Origin: Octopus sinensis
Lineage: Eukaryota
Length of the DNA stretch: 64,000 nt
Direction of reading: 5' to 3'
Assembly (NCBI RefSeq): GCF_006345805.1
Contig: NW_021825821.1
Location: forward strand, 248,001-312,000
Positions 36,100 to 48,402 of the stretch are shown in pieces. Below the pieces are notes generated by a model that saw only the letters and a program-made list of their open reading frames with translations, did not search any database and was not told the origin of the DNA. How positions within the stretch are numbered: the first letter of the stretch is position 1; every line of letters begins with the position of its first letter. The position numbers and the translations under genes are program-made.

Positions 36100-36728
36100 A
36101 TAAGTAAATTGGTTTAATTTATTTTGAATCTTTTAATTATCCTCATATCCAATGGCTAGATTAATGTGTTGTATTTTCAGGTAAGTTAAAAAATTAAACG
36201 TTTGAAAATCAACTAATCGATGTGGACTTGAATTATCCAACAAAATTAATATATTTCTTTCTTCTGAAAGCATTATTGCATTTATTTTTAAGATTCAGGT
36301 TTTAAAAATGTCAATTGTCATCCACAAATTTCTACAGGAGTTCATGACGTTAAAAACATCAAAATTAAATTGTTTTAAGCGTCGAGGGTTTTTATATTTG
36401 GCAATAACTAATGAAGAGTATTTATCCAAGATAGCTGCGGCAGAGAAGCAGACTAACACTTTCTTTTTCTGTTTAAAACCGAACGAATATTCGCCGTGCT
36501 GCACAAATTACTTAGTTGCTGTATATTTGAAATAGAGTACAGTTCCGTCGCATTTAAAAATATTTTCTTTAACATAAAGGACAACTTTAGCGTCCAATGT
36601 TTTGTATTGTAAATTGTGTCGCTTCCTAAATCTTTGAAGCTAAACATTAGACGATATGAAATCATTCATTTATATTTTAGATGCGAACATGGATCTAATT
36701 TGTTAATCGTAGGCCCAGACAGAGGAAC
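36100..36728 (-). mobile_element. Degenerate pogo/Tigger DDE_1 remnant, duplicated at about 56280-56900
   Basis: IAKYKNPRRLK..WMTIDIF and ILLDNSSPH motifs. Confidence 0.55.
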
Positions 36729-37136
36729 CAAACCAAAGTAAATTATATCAAAAATATTTTTTAGAAATTATTCAAGCTAAACACTAAATAATGAAATTAT
36801 TTGCAAATGATTATTTATTTTAATAATTTAATTTCCACCCAAAATCACAATTATTAAATTTATTTAATCATATCAATCAATCAGATAAATTTTGCCTGAA
36901 AAACTACTCAGTTAAATCTTTAAGTGTTCAGAGACAATTTTTTTAAAAAGACCAAATATCGAGAACACTCAAACAAGACGTTTTGGTTTAGTAAAAGAAC
37001 TGTGATCTCATATGAGTAGCTAGAGTTAATTTATGTTTTGCTTACATACAAACGTTTTTAAATTGTATACATTTTATTAAATAAAATATAAAACTTTAAA
37101 AGTTTCTAGTAGTAATTTTTCGTGACATTTCAATCC

Positions 37137-37869
37137 ATGGCACATCTTGATCCAAATCAATTAAAAGAAACCCAAGAAACTTGCTTTAATAAAGTTTTTT
37201 GCCGTTAAAATATTTTAGATTGACCAAGAACCAAAAAGCCTTCATGTTTGGGCTCAAATAGCTCAAGAAACATTTTCATTATCTAAAAGTAAGTAATTGT
37301 GTTGTCTTCATAGCATAGCTCCGCCCACAAACGACTGCACTCGCGTAGAACGTGATGTCGAATCATTTATTATTCCTCCAAATGTTATCAATGCTCAAAA
37401 TATAAACTCCAATCGACGAAAAAGAGATTATAGCTTAGTATTTAAGGTCTATTTTTTAATAAATATATTTAGAAATGTTATTGTAAAGACATGCCAACTG
37501 TGAAACCGATAAGCTATAAAATAAGCCCAAAATCGTTGATTGAAGCAAAAAATATTTGCTCATCATTGAAAGAGACAAATATTGAGCTAATCTGTATTTT
37601 TATGAATCATTGATAGCACGGATTGTTGAAATTGGCGGGAAAGAAGCGGCAGAGACCGCCCTTTCAAAAACATTGGAAATTGAAAAAAACGGAGGAATGA
37701 CGACTTTTGTTGATATTCTCTCATTGAGGCTGTCTAGGACGGAAAACGTAGGAGGACGCCTGGCGGAGTGTTTATTTATCGAATTAAGCACGATTTTGGG
37801 TTTTCTGCTGGTCGGCTATATTTGATGTTTCTAGACGTGAATGTGAAAAATAAGCCCACTCGTGAATAG
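37137..37869 (+). CDS. PHAX: Phosphorylated adaptor for RNA export
   Basis: ETNIELISRIVEIGG..TLEIEKNGGMTTFDGKRRRTPGGVFI (PHAX RNA-binding domain) after removing 6 introns of 23-30 nt; last exon less certain. Confidence 0.8.
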
Positions 37870-37939
37870 TATGTTATTCTTGAATTAAATAAAAGTACAA
37901 TTCATAAACAGGCTCTACTGGAATTGCAAGATATTTTGT

Positions 37940-38430
37940 CTACAAAAAATAATTAATTTCTTTTGATATTTTGAATAAAAACTTACTTTTTGAAATATTC
38001 TCATATTTCTGTTGAAAAATAAACATTTTTAGTTTAGAAAGGGTCCGCCCCTTCTTTTTCGAGGTGATGGCAAGCACGGGCGATGTTGACGACACAGTTA
38101 TTTGGTGATAAATCTTGTTTATTCTTTTGTCCAGTTCAAGTGTTCTTTCCCACGTTTCAACTCTGTTTATATAAGAAACAATCATGCTCTTAGGTGTTTC
38201 CTTTATAGTAAGTGATTGAATGTATGCGTGCATACTCTTAATGATATTAATGCATATTGTAGAATTATTTCAATAACTAGCCCATCCCATGTTAATACAA
38301 TACGTACTATTTTTACTCCCGCATGATAGATTAATTCCATCTCTTTAGATGGGATGTCATATTTCCTCATTTTTTCAATATCCACTTGGTGTATGTTTTG
38401 GAAAGATGTTATCCTAACTTAAGCCAACAA
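37940..38430 (-). mobile_element. R4-like 3' fragment
   Basis: EKMRKYDI..VLTWDGLV and AYIQSL motifs. Confidence 0.7.
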
Positions 38431-40559
38431 AGTCTAATTCTTTATATAAATCCTCATTTTGATTAAAAAACTGTGTTGATTTTTTAATTATTTCAATGCT
38501 TTGTTGGAATTTAAAACAGAATTTTCATCATGAAGTTTTTCATTCTTACCCTAAATGGAAAGTGAATCAGAATTACTATTAAGGTAGTCCATCTAATTTA
38601 ATTCCGTAAATTCGTGATAGATAAATTGGTTTTTATCAACTGGATCCAATATTTGTAGCGCTTTTAAGTCACTAGCACAAAATACTTCACAAACTTATTA
38701 AGAACAGAAGAAAGGAACCGAGTTGATGAGGTTTGAAGAGGCCTCCATGGATGGCAAGAAGGCTAGGAGGGGAAGATTAAAAAAATAAAAGAAATAAACA
38801 GGCAACATGAGCCTCAAACTTCAAAAGACGAGGAATGAGGGACTCGGCGTTTTTCGATTTTCATTAAGGTACCGAGACAAGCCATGAATTGGAGATCCAA
38901 TTAGAATCAAAATATAAAAGGGGATATTCCTTAATCCAACGATCATATTGCTCATGGGCGAGAGAGATGACTCGACTGCCTACAAACGAGTGTTCTCAAA
39001 TTTTGATCATTAGGGAAAAACCAATGCCCGAAAAACAAAAGATTATCTAAGATATCAAAAATTTACTATTGTGATCAAGGCCAAAGTTGAATCCAAGTTT
39101 CGGACATAATAATTTTGTCGAAAAAAATTAAATAACTTGACGAAAAATAGGCCAAGCGTACAAATAGGTATAAATCAGGATAGCAAATATAAACAAATTA
39201 AAGAAAATAATCAGTTTCAAAATAAAAATAATTCCCGTGGGATTCTTCAGAAACATTTGTCGAACGCCGCATAGCGCTACATCGCCAGCTTTTTTGACAC
39301 CCAAACAGAGTTGGTGTGGCATTAGCAGTTTGTTGAATCTGTGGATGATTTTTAAACAAGCGACTTTTCAGGTTAAACGTCTGAAACGTTCTCCACAACC
39401 AGCCTGTCCTTATTCAGGGCAGTTTAATTAGCTATAAAAAACGATCCCGAGCAAATATGAAAATGTCGCCATTCATTATCTGAGTACAGAAATTTCAAAA
39501 TCTAGTTCGTCCTTCAAAACTGCTTTCTTGAAAACACGGGCGGGAAACAACGCGTCGGGTACATTTTTCGCAATTGTCGGCCTGAGAGTCAATCCACTTA
39601 ATCGTGGAAGATGAAAGGGCGAATTTTTGAAGCGGAGCAGGCATAGTCTACAGTTTTAAAGATTGTATATTACAGAAACTGACTCTTTTTTTAAATCGTC
39701 TTCAGGACATTTAAGTTGCGAAGATTGGCACTTGGTAACATCATTAAATAATCGGAAATTACGTTTTTTTGCTAGAATACGAGTTAATCTTATCCCAATG
39801 TAACATCTTTTAAATCTAGTGGTAGACGGTTTTCTTCCATCTTATACAATTGGAATACGTTGAATTTCAAAAAACTTAGTAGATTAGTTGTAATTATTAT
39901 TATTTAATTTTAATAAAATATTTGTTAATTACATTAATTTGGAAAAATTAAAAGCATGACACACAATATGTTAGTCAGTGACAAAAAAATGATTAGTCAG
40001 TGACAAAAAAAATGATTCAAAATTAACCCATTCCTAATTAATATCTGGTATGCTCTCCTTTTGCCGTAAAAATTTCCCAGCATCGTTTTTTAACTAATAG
40101 AATGAGTTTTTCAATAAAATGTTTTGGAATATTTTCCCAAAAATAAATTTCTATTTTGCACGAGACAGAATAAGCCTTCAGACCGTAGTGAGTTATTGCC
40201 TTTGGCTCATTCACAAAATCGTCAGTTGTACTTTTGTATAGGATGGAATGAAGACATTTTGATAGAATCTGGTCCAGTAAATACTTGTTCTAAGTACCGA
40301 CCACAACACGTTTTTTCACCGTTATTATCAAGAATTTAAAGTATGAATTAATTAAATAGTCTTCTTCTTCTGATCGATATATCCTCTATTCCAGGGTTTC
40401 TCAACCAGGGGGTACATGTGCCTAAGGGGTACGCGGAACATTTTTTAATTTGTTATTATTATGTCACATGCCTCGGCGATTACTATGCCCCACTCGTTAT
40501 CTCTGAGAAATATGATTTTTCATTTTTTAGAAAAATTAAAAAAATCAATCATAAGGTAG

Positions 40560-41455
40560 GTAAGGTAACAACTTTATTTAGGTAACAACGAATAGTATGT
40601 GGGGTAATAATTAATGAATCGGTAAGGCTTGCTTACCGACTTCTTCCGCGAAACAAAAAGAAAAGAGGGACCCCAACGTCTCAGTATAGAATTACCTTTG
40701 CAGGTAAGTCCCAGTGACTGTTGACCAAAGTTTGTAGTTTTTGATGCCTTTTTCAACGATTTCCCCCACCGTGGGCGTTTTAGCCTCGAGCCATGGGGGA
40801 ATCGGGCATTCCGGGCTTTGGGAGTAGGCGATTTTTAACGCCAGTCTCCGAGTTTTTTCGAACTTCTCGATAATGGAACTCCTCTTTCTAGAGAAGTACC
40901 ATGCCTCTTTTCCAAATATAAGTCCTGGTAAGATCACCGTGTTAAAAACATAAAGGAAAGTATCTGGTTCCAGATTAAACTTTCTTAGGCAAAACAGAGC
41001 GTTTGTTGCTTTCTTTTTCCGAATTTTCGCATATTCAGTGTATTTACCATTTTCTTCAATTTGCAATCCCAGGTATTTTATTGAATGTTGTCGTGGTATG
41101 TTAGTAATCAGGCATGGTGAATTTTTAAGATTTCTACTTTCTGTGATTCTCAACAGGGCAGACTTCTCACGTGCGACAGTCAGCATGTTATTTCTGCACC
41201 AATGTTCGACCTCTTCCATATATGACAGCATTCGTTGTTCAGATAAGGCAGGTTTCGGTGAAACATCGAGGATGACCACATCATCCGCATATATTAGAAT
41301 TTCCGTCCGTACATCATTTGGAGAAGGTAGATTACTCATTACAATGTTGAATAACAGAGGACTGAGTACTGATCCCTGGGGGACACCTCTTTTTAATTTT
41401 AGCTCATCCGAGTCATGGTTCAGTAAGCTAACCACTGATCGTCTGTCGCGGAGGA
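40560..41455 (-). mobile_element. 5'-truncated LINE RT nested in the hAT
   Basis: GVPQGSVLSPLLFN, YADD and KYLG motifs. Confidence 0.85.
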
Positions 41456-42470
41456 AAACGCATTAAATATGATGATCAAAAACGCATTAAATATGATGAT
41501 CACGGGACCCTTACATCATACGTATTGTCCCAGACCGCAAAACCATATATGGAGGTTTTATATGAGGTTTTTAAACATGAATTATTTGTAGATTGCTCAA
41601 CTTATAGCCAGAAACAAAGTATCTCATTGTTCTGGAGAAAAACTAATAAAACCAGGCGCGTTACTAATGGCAAGATTACTGATTGGGAAAGATGTTGAAA
41701 AAGAATTTAAGAATATACCACTTTCAAATGATATCATCTCTATGCTAATTCATGAGATGTCAAAAGATTTGCTAGAACAACTAATTTTTCGTATTCACCA
41801 CAGTCAATTTCCAATATGCATCAAGTTGGATGAATCTACAGATATCAGTTCAATATGCTACTTAGTCGCATTTGTTCGATTTGTTGAAGACGATTCTGTC
41901 GTGGACGAGTTTTTATTTTGTTTGGAAATGACAGGAAGAACACGAGGAAATGATATATTTCATCTCTTTTTGTCTTTCCTTGTTTCCAATAATATTCCCT
42001 GAACTAAAGTTGGGTCGATATGCACTGATGGAGCACCTGTCATGCTCGGACATCGATCTGGTTTTATTGCACTGGTTAAAGATGTCGCACCTCATATTAT
42101 CGCAAACCATTGCGCAATACATAAGTATGCTCTTGCTGTAAAGAAGATGCCTCAAGAATTAAAAATTGTTCTTGATTCGACCGTAAAGTCAGTTAATTTG
42201 ATTTGTGCGAGGGCGACTAATCATAGACTTTTTAAATTATTATGTGAAGAAATGGGAACAGAACATTCAGTACTAATTTTCCACACTAAAGTTCGGTGGT
42301 TGTCAAGATGAAGGGTGCTTAAACGGGTTGCCGAATGAATTGGTGCACTCACTACTTTTTTACAAGAAATAAATAATATAGAACTCGCTAATATGTTCGC
42401 AGATTATGCTTTCAAACAAAAGTTATTCTATCTTGCTGATATATTTGGAATAATAAACGAATTAAATTTA

Positions 42471-43179
42471 CTAGAATTTGGATCGACGTCATCGACGGGT
42501 TCGCTATTGGACAACGAAACACTGCGCATCGGGGTCGCTCTTCGGCTGGGGCTCGATGTCTGCGCCTCTCATCCCTGTCGATGCGGAGGTACGGTGGACG
42601 TGAAAGGCCTTCACCCCCTCTCCTGCCGCCGGAGCGCAGGCCGCTCGCCTCGCCATGGAGCAATCAACGACGTTATCTCAAGAGCTCTCAACGCTGCTGG
42701 CTTCCCCAACGTGCTTGAACCAGACGGATTGGACAGGGGGGACGGCAAACGCCCGGACGGGATGACCACCTTCCCATTCTGAAATGGCAATTGCCTGATC
42801 TGGGACGCCACGTGCGCAGACACGTGGTCCCCATCTGCTCTACTGTCATCTGCTTCTTCTTCCGACTCGGTCGCGGCCGTGGCGGAAGCCCGCAAAGTAG
42901 AAAAGTACAAGAATCTTGCCACTCGGCATTCCTTCATGCCTGTGGCTTTTGAGACATCAGGCGCTTCCGGTCCGCTGACTTCATGCTTCGTAAAAGACCT
43001 CGGTATCCTCATCGCTCGGAAGAAGATGGATGCTCGCGAGTCTTCTTGGTTGAGGCAGAGGATTTCGCTCGCAATCGTGCGCGGGAACGCGCAAGCAATC
43101 CGTTCGGCTGGGTTAATTTAGTTAACTGACAATTGTTTTGCTTCTGTGAAAAAAAAAGTTTAATAAATAAAAAAAAAAA
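42471..43179 (+). mobile_element. 5'-truncated CRE insertion with poly(A) and an 11-bp TSD
   Basis: RLE motifs; AATTAAATTTA at 42460-42470 and 43180-43190 splits the hAT motif NELNL|SIQG. Confidence 0.9.
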
Positions 43180-43307
43180 AATTAAATTTATCCATACAAG
43201 GCAAATCTTTCTTTTTTATCCTGGAAGTAATAATATCTCAAGCATAGAAGCTTTTCAAAAACTATCAAAAGTTGAATTTATGGAGAAAAAAATTAACTAA
43301 AAATGTT

Positions 43308-44533
43308 TTTCTTGTTGAAGAACTTTCTTTTCGTCCCCAGACTGACCTATATTCTCCGTTCCTCCCCGTGTTTCGCTGCCACAGACTCATTATCCAGAAT
43401 CGATAATCTTGTCCACCAATCGCTAACATTCCACCTCAATTTGAGGTTCACTGGTGACGGTTTTACCCGTGCCAGTTTACCAACTCGCTTCGGGGGGATC
43501 GGGATCCGCCCTTGTGCGGACCTGGCCCTACCCTGCTATCTCTCATCCATGTCGGCTTCCAGGAATTCCGTTTGCTCAGTTCTACTTCCCTCTCTCGAAC
43601 TTAATGAGCTCTCGGAATTCTCATCTGCATGCCGTACGTGGTGCTCACTCAACCTTGATTTTCCCACGATCCCTTCAGTTCAAAGGGGCTGGGACGAAAT
43701 TCTCTGCTTGAACACATTACGAAAACTTCGCTCCAAGTCGGACCAACTCCAGCTGGCCACCCTTAACTGCGCCTGTCAGCCGCACACGGGCGACTGGCTC
43801 AAAGCTCTCCCCACTCCTAGTACGGGGTTACTACTGGACGACGAATCCTTGCGGATTGGGATCAGCTTACGATTGGGTTTGGACATCCGCCAGCCCCACC
43901 CTTGCCGGTGCGGGTCCTCAATTTCGTCAAACGGCTTGCACGCCTTGTCGTGTAAGAAGAGTGCCGGGAGAATTCCCCGTCACACTCATCTGAATGACGT
44001 TGTGAGGAGGGCTCTAGAGTCGGCTGGTTTCCCTTCCACCCTAGAGCCAGTCGGCCTTTCCCGGAGCGACGGCAAGCGTCCCGACGGGATGACGACCTTT
44101 CCTTTTAGGGAAGGCAAGTCCCTGGTTTGGGATGCCACGTGTGTCGACTCTTTTTCGGCGACAATGCTTCCCAGGACTGTCGCAAACCCGGGTTCCGCCA
44201 GTGCGCTGGCTGAAGAGACAAAGATGACGAAATACCGGTGTATTTCGGACGCTTTTGAGTTTGCCCCCCTCGCCTTCGAAACCTCTGGAATCGTCGGAAA
44301 GGCTGCGACTCAACTCCTCACCGCCATTGGTAGAAAAATCTCCACAAAAACAAACGACCGGAGGGAGACGAGCTGGCTGTTCCAGCGAATCTCGGTTGCT
44401 GTGCTCCGCGGAAACTGCCACTCAATACGCAGCGCGGCATCGTTGAGCTGACCCTCAGGCCCTCGACAATTCCCTTAGCCACCCAATTGCTTACTTTTTT
44501 CTTTCTAGTTTGATTTTGAAAAAAAAAAAAAAA
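43308..44533 (+). mobile_element. 5'-truncated CRE insertion (thumb + RLE ORF) with poly(A)
   Basis: 382-aa ORF with SLPTRFGGIG, CRCG..HALSC and KRPDG..WDATC; TSD AA(C/A)TAAAAATGTT at 43295-43307 and 46584-46596. Confidence 0.9.
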
Positions 44534-44689
44534 TTCTCTGTGTTGCACATGCGGGGCTATAAACATTATGGCTTTCGTGAAAAGTGCTTATATCTTAATA
44601 ATAAAATGGTATGGTGTGTGTCTGTCTGTCTGTCTGTCTGTCGTTCTGTCTGTCTGTCTGTGTGTGCACACCAACTTCAAATTGGCAAT

Positions 44690-45210
44690 ACGATGTCCTC
44701 GACTTACATGATGAGGTCCTTAAAACTTTCCCTCCAAAAAAAAATTAAAAAAAATTTTCTGCATTTTGGTTAAAATGAACAACTACGATGTCCTCGACTT
44801 ACATGATGAGGTCCTTAAAACCTTCCCTCCAAAAAAAAATTAAAAAAAAATTTTCTGCATTTTGGTTAAAATGAACAACTACGATGTCCTCGACTTACAT
44901 GATGAGGTCCTTAAAACCTTCCCCCCAAAAAAAATTAAAAAAAATTTTCTGCATTTTGGTTAAAATGAACAACTACGATGTCCTCGACTTACATGATGAG
45001 GTCCTTAAAACTTTCCCTCCAAAAAAAAATTAAAAAAAATTTTCTGCATTTTGGTTAAAATGAATAACTACGATGTCCTCGACTTACATGATGAGGTCCT
45101 TAAAACCTTCCCCCTAAAAAAAAATTAAAAAAAAATTTTCTGCATTTTGGTTAAAATGAACAACGCGAATGTCCTCGACATTCATGATGAGGTCCATAAA
45201 AACCTTCCAG
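44690..45210 (+). repeat. 94-96 bp tandem repeat, about 5.5 copies, inside the Helitron
   Basis: Units start at 44690, 44785, 44881, 44975 and 45070, plus a diverged partial copy near 45165. Confidence 0.95.
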
Positions 45211-45439
45211 GCAAAAATCTCACGTATTAAGAATATCCTTGATGAAAACGACAGCGAGAATATTAACAATGATGAACTCCTAATTATTCTCGAGAAAGAA
45301 ATTCAATTCATCCTATGTTTTTCTCTTTAAAATTAAATGCATATATCATTATCGACCATGAATCAAAATTAAAGCTATTATCATATTTGACTTTGACAGA
45401 ATGTGCAATTAACAGATTTTGAAAAACACTTTGATAGTT

Positions 45440-45656
45440 TTTTTTTATGATAATTTATTTTAATATAGTTAAGCAATGGAAAATTAACACCGAAAATAGT
45501 TAAGTTCCAGCGGCGAGGACGCAGTGTGCGTTGCCCCGAACAATGGCCAGGCCGATGCGCTGGCGGAACCAGAGGCTCTCTCTCGAGTCCTTGAGCCTTC
45601 TCCCGATGGACTGCCCGACCTCTTTGAGGAACGAGTCAGTCTCCTTTCCTGCAACT
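45440..45656 (-). mobile_element. Short CRE 3' insertion inside the Helitron
   Basis: Closely matches 22605-22760; TSD CTTTGATAGTT at 45429-45439 and 45657-45667; T-run adjacent. Confidence 0.85.
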
Positions 45657-46975
45657 CTTTGATAGTTGAAACCACATTAGCACAATCATTAACACAATTT
45701 ACCACCAATTGACAGCGCAATCTGAAGAATTTGCGTAAAAATATTCACTATTTAGTTAAGTTTTTCGTAAAGATAGAATTTATTTTCGGTATGTCTCTTT
45801 TCCTAAACTTTTTTATTATTCAAAAATAATTTTTTCAATAGATAACCGAAGGAGAGAAGACGACCTTAAGAAAATAAGTTTTTCGTAAAGATAGAATTTA
45901 TTTTCTGTATGCCTCTTTTTTCCTAATATTTTTTATTATTCAAAAATAATTTTTTAAATAGATAACCGAAGGAAGAAAAACGAAGCTAAAGAAAAAACGG
46001 GCACCTTAAGGTAATTAATTAAATCTTTTTTGTGTGTCGCTTTTTTGGCTGCTGCTACTCTGCCTGCCCCATTTCCGCCAGTGGTTTTATTACGAAATCT
46101 TGCGCCACCTAAATTATGCAACGGAACGAGGTTAGTTATCAAAAATTTAATGGCTAACGTAATAGAGGCGACGATATTAACAGGTAAGTATAGAGGTGAG
46201 GATGTTTATATTCCACGAATTCCGATAATTTCTGATGAATTACCATTTAGATTTAAAAGGCTGCAATTTCCTTTGAGGATGAGTTTTGCAATGACAATAA
46301 ACAAGGCCCAGTGACAGTCATTAAAGGTAGTTGGGTTATTTTTAGAGAATGAGTGCTTTTCACATGGACAGCTGTATGTGGGATGCTCGAGGGTAGGCAG
46401 AAGAGAAAATTTATTCAGATATGCCAAGGAAGGACGGACGACAAATATCAACAGGCGATAGAATAGGGTTACATTAAACCAGGTAGTTTTATACATCTAC
46501 ATAAACTTATAGTTGTTTGATGAAACAGGCCCTCCGCAGGAGCTAGGTCGCGGTGAGCGAAGCGAGCTGCCGAGCTAGTAAATAAATAAAAATGTTATTT
46601 CCATGTTTCCGATGTTGGAGGAATTAATTGGAAATAATAAACCTGAAAAATGATTTATTTTACAAATCGACGAACACATAAAAAAAAATTTGCAAATTAA
46701 ATTCGGAGAATATTTTAATAGCGATCAGATTGTTCCCGATTGGATTTTAGAACCATTTTTGTGTAAGATTGATGTGGCTCAGGAACTTCCTTTTCTACAA
46801 GAATTAATCGATTTAAGAAGCTCTGCGACTGCAAGGGTTACTTTTACAATTTTTATGATTATTCCGATACTTTTCAATTCTTGCACACTTTTGGAATTTT
46901 GGAGTAAAATGATTCCAAAGTATTCGTTACTGACTATGGCTAGTATGCAATATTTAATTCCTTATCAAACAACAT

Positions 46976-48402
46976 TGTAATTTTTTAGCACGCGGTTGCG
47001 CACGTTGGTTTCTATTAGTGTGTTGCGTTGGCCACCAGAATCACCTAATCTAAGGATTTCCTTCAGATGTATGCATATGTCTGTTGTAACGGAGTCGGTT
47101 CTACTCCCCTTTCCGAACATAACGGCGACGACTCAGACTTGTGCACATTCCCTGTTGGATCTTCAATGGAAAGGGTTTTCTGGAGACAATGATCTTCTTA
47201 ATTACACGCGTGTGTTGCGTTGGCCACCAGAATCACCTAATCTAAGGATTTCCTTCAGATGTATGCATATGTCTGTTGTAACGGAGTCGTTCTACTCCCC
47301 TTTCCGAACATAACGGCGACGACTCAGGCTTGTGCACATTCCCTGTTGGATCTTCAATGGAAAGGGTTTTCTGGAGACAATGATCTTCTTAATTACACGC
47401 GTGTGTTGCGTTGGCCACCAGAATCACCTAATCTAAGGATTTCCTTCAGATGTATGCATTGTCTGTTGTAACGGAGTCGGTTCTACCCCCTTTCCGAACA
47501 TAACGGCGACGACTCAGACTTGTGCACATTCCCTGTTGGATCTTCAATGGAAAGGTTTTCTGGAGACAATGATCTTCTTAATTACACGCGTGTGTTGCGT
47601 TGGCCACCAAATCACCTAATCTAAGGATTTCCTTCAGATGTATGCATATGTCTGTTGTAACGGAGTCGGTTCTACTCCCCTTTCCGAACATAACGGCGAC
47701 GACTCAGACTTGTGCACATTCCCTGTGGATCTTCAATGGAAAGGTTTTCTGGAGACAATGATCTTCTTAATTACACGCGTGTGTTGCGTTGGCCACCAGA
47801 ATCACCTAATCTAAGATTTCCTTCAGATGTATGCATATGTCTGTTGTAACGGAGTCGGTTCTACTCCCCTTTCCGAACATAACGGCGACGACTCAGACTT
47901 GTGCACATTCCCTGTTGGATCTTCAATGGAAAGGGTTTTCTGGAGACAATGATCTTCTTAATTACACGCGTGTGTGTGCGTTGGCCACCAGAATCACCTA
48001 ATCTAAGGATTTCCTTCAGATGTATGCATATGTCTGTTGTAACGGAGTCGGTTCTACTCCCCTTCCGAACATAACGGCGACGACTCAGACTTGTGCACAT
48101 TCCCTGTTGGATCTTCAATGGAAAGGTTTTCTGGAGACAATGATCTTCTTAATTACACGCGTGTGTTGCGTTGGCCACCAGAATCACCTAATCTAAGGAT
48201 TTCCTTCAGATGTATGCATATGTCTGTTGTAACGGAGTCGGTTCTACTCCCCTTTCCGAACATAACGGCGACGACTCAGGCTTGTGCACATTCCCTGTTG
48301 GATCTTCAATGGAAAGGGTTTTCTGGAGACAATGATCTTCTTAATTAGTTCGGATACTTGTTCTCTCATTTTCATATTGTAACTTTTTTTGGACAAAAAA
48401 AA
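46976..48402 (+). mobile_element. Retroposed insertion (poly(A) + 9-bp TSD) built from a spliced 192-nt concatemer
   Basis: TSD AAACAACAT at 46967-46975 and 48403-48411 splits hAT PYQTT|YLCE; A-run from 48395. Confidence 0.8.
47019..48347 (+). repeat. Seven head-to-tail copies of a 192-bp unit
   Basis: The GTGTG unit start recurs at 47018, 47210, 47401, 47590, 47779, 47970 and 48161; differences are mostly 1-bp indels. Confidence 0.97.

Larger units (their letters stand above)
35457..36728 (+). repeat. 1.27-kb segmental duplication, second copy at 55357-56909
   Basis: Near-identical sequence, initially at a 19,900-bp offset; covers the ML gene and a pogo remnant. Confidence 0.9.
44593..46578 (+). 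mobile_element. Non-autonomous Helitron with a Pif1 helicase C-terminal fragment
   Basis: A|TC start, (GTCT)n microsatellite, LRNL..LCNGTRL..QFPLRMSFAMTINKAQ..SHGQLYVGCSRV, GCGAAGC hairpin and CTAG|T end. Confidence 0.85.

Noticed and set aside
38550-39850. Possible host gene(s)
   Set aside because: Some micro-intron-like segments, but no consistent reading frame could be assembled.
41455-41502. Short tandem duplications (24 bp here; also near 28645-28695, 39970-40016 and 45755-45975)
   Set aside because: Ordinary slippage or repair duplications in TE debris.
44690-45210. CRISPR-like repeat
   Set aside because: Whole units repeat, varying mainly in homopolymer length; no spacers or cas genes.
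47019-47210. Hammerhead or HDV ribozyme (classical retrozyme)
   Set aside because: No CUGANGA..GAAA core on either strand (closest is CTGAAGG) and no HDV P1 partner found by eye; a covariance search is still needed.
47019-48347. CRISPR array, or snRNA/5S/tRNA tandem array
   Set aside because: Units are identical throughout with no unique spacers, the context is eukaryotic, and no U1/U2/5S/tRNA signatures were recognised.
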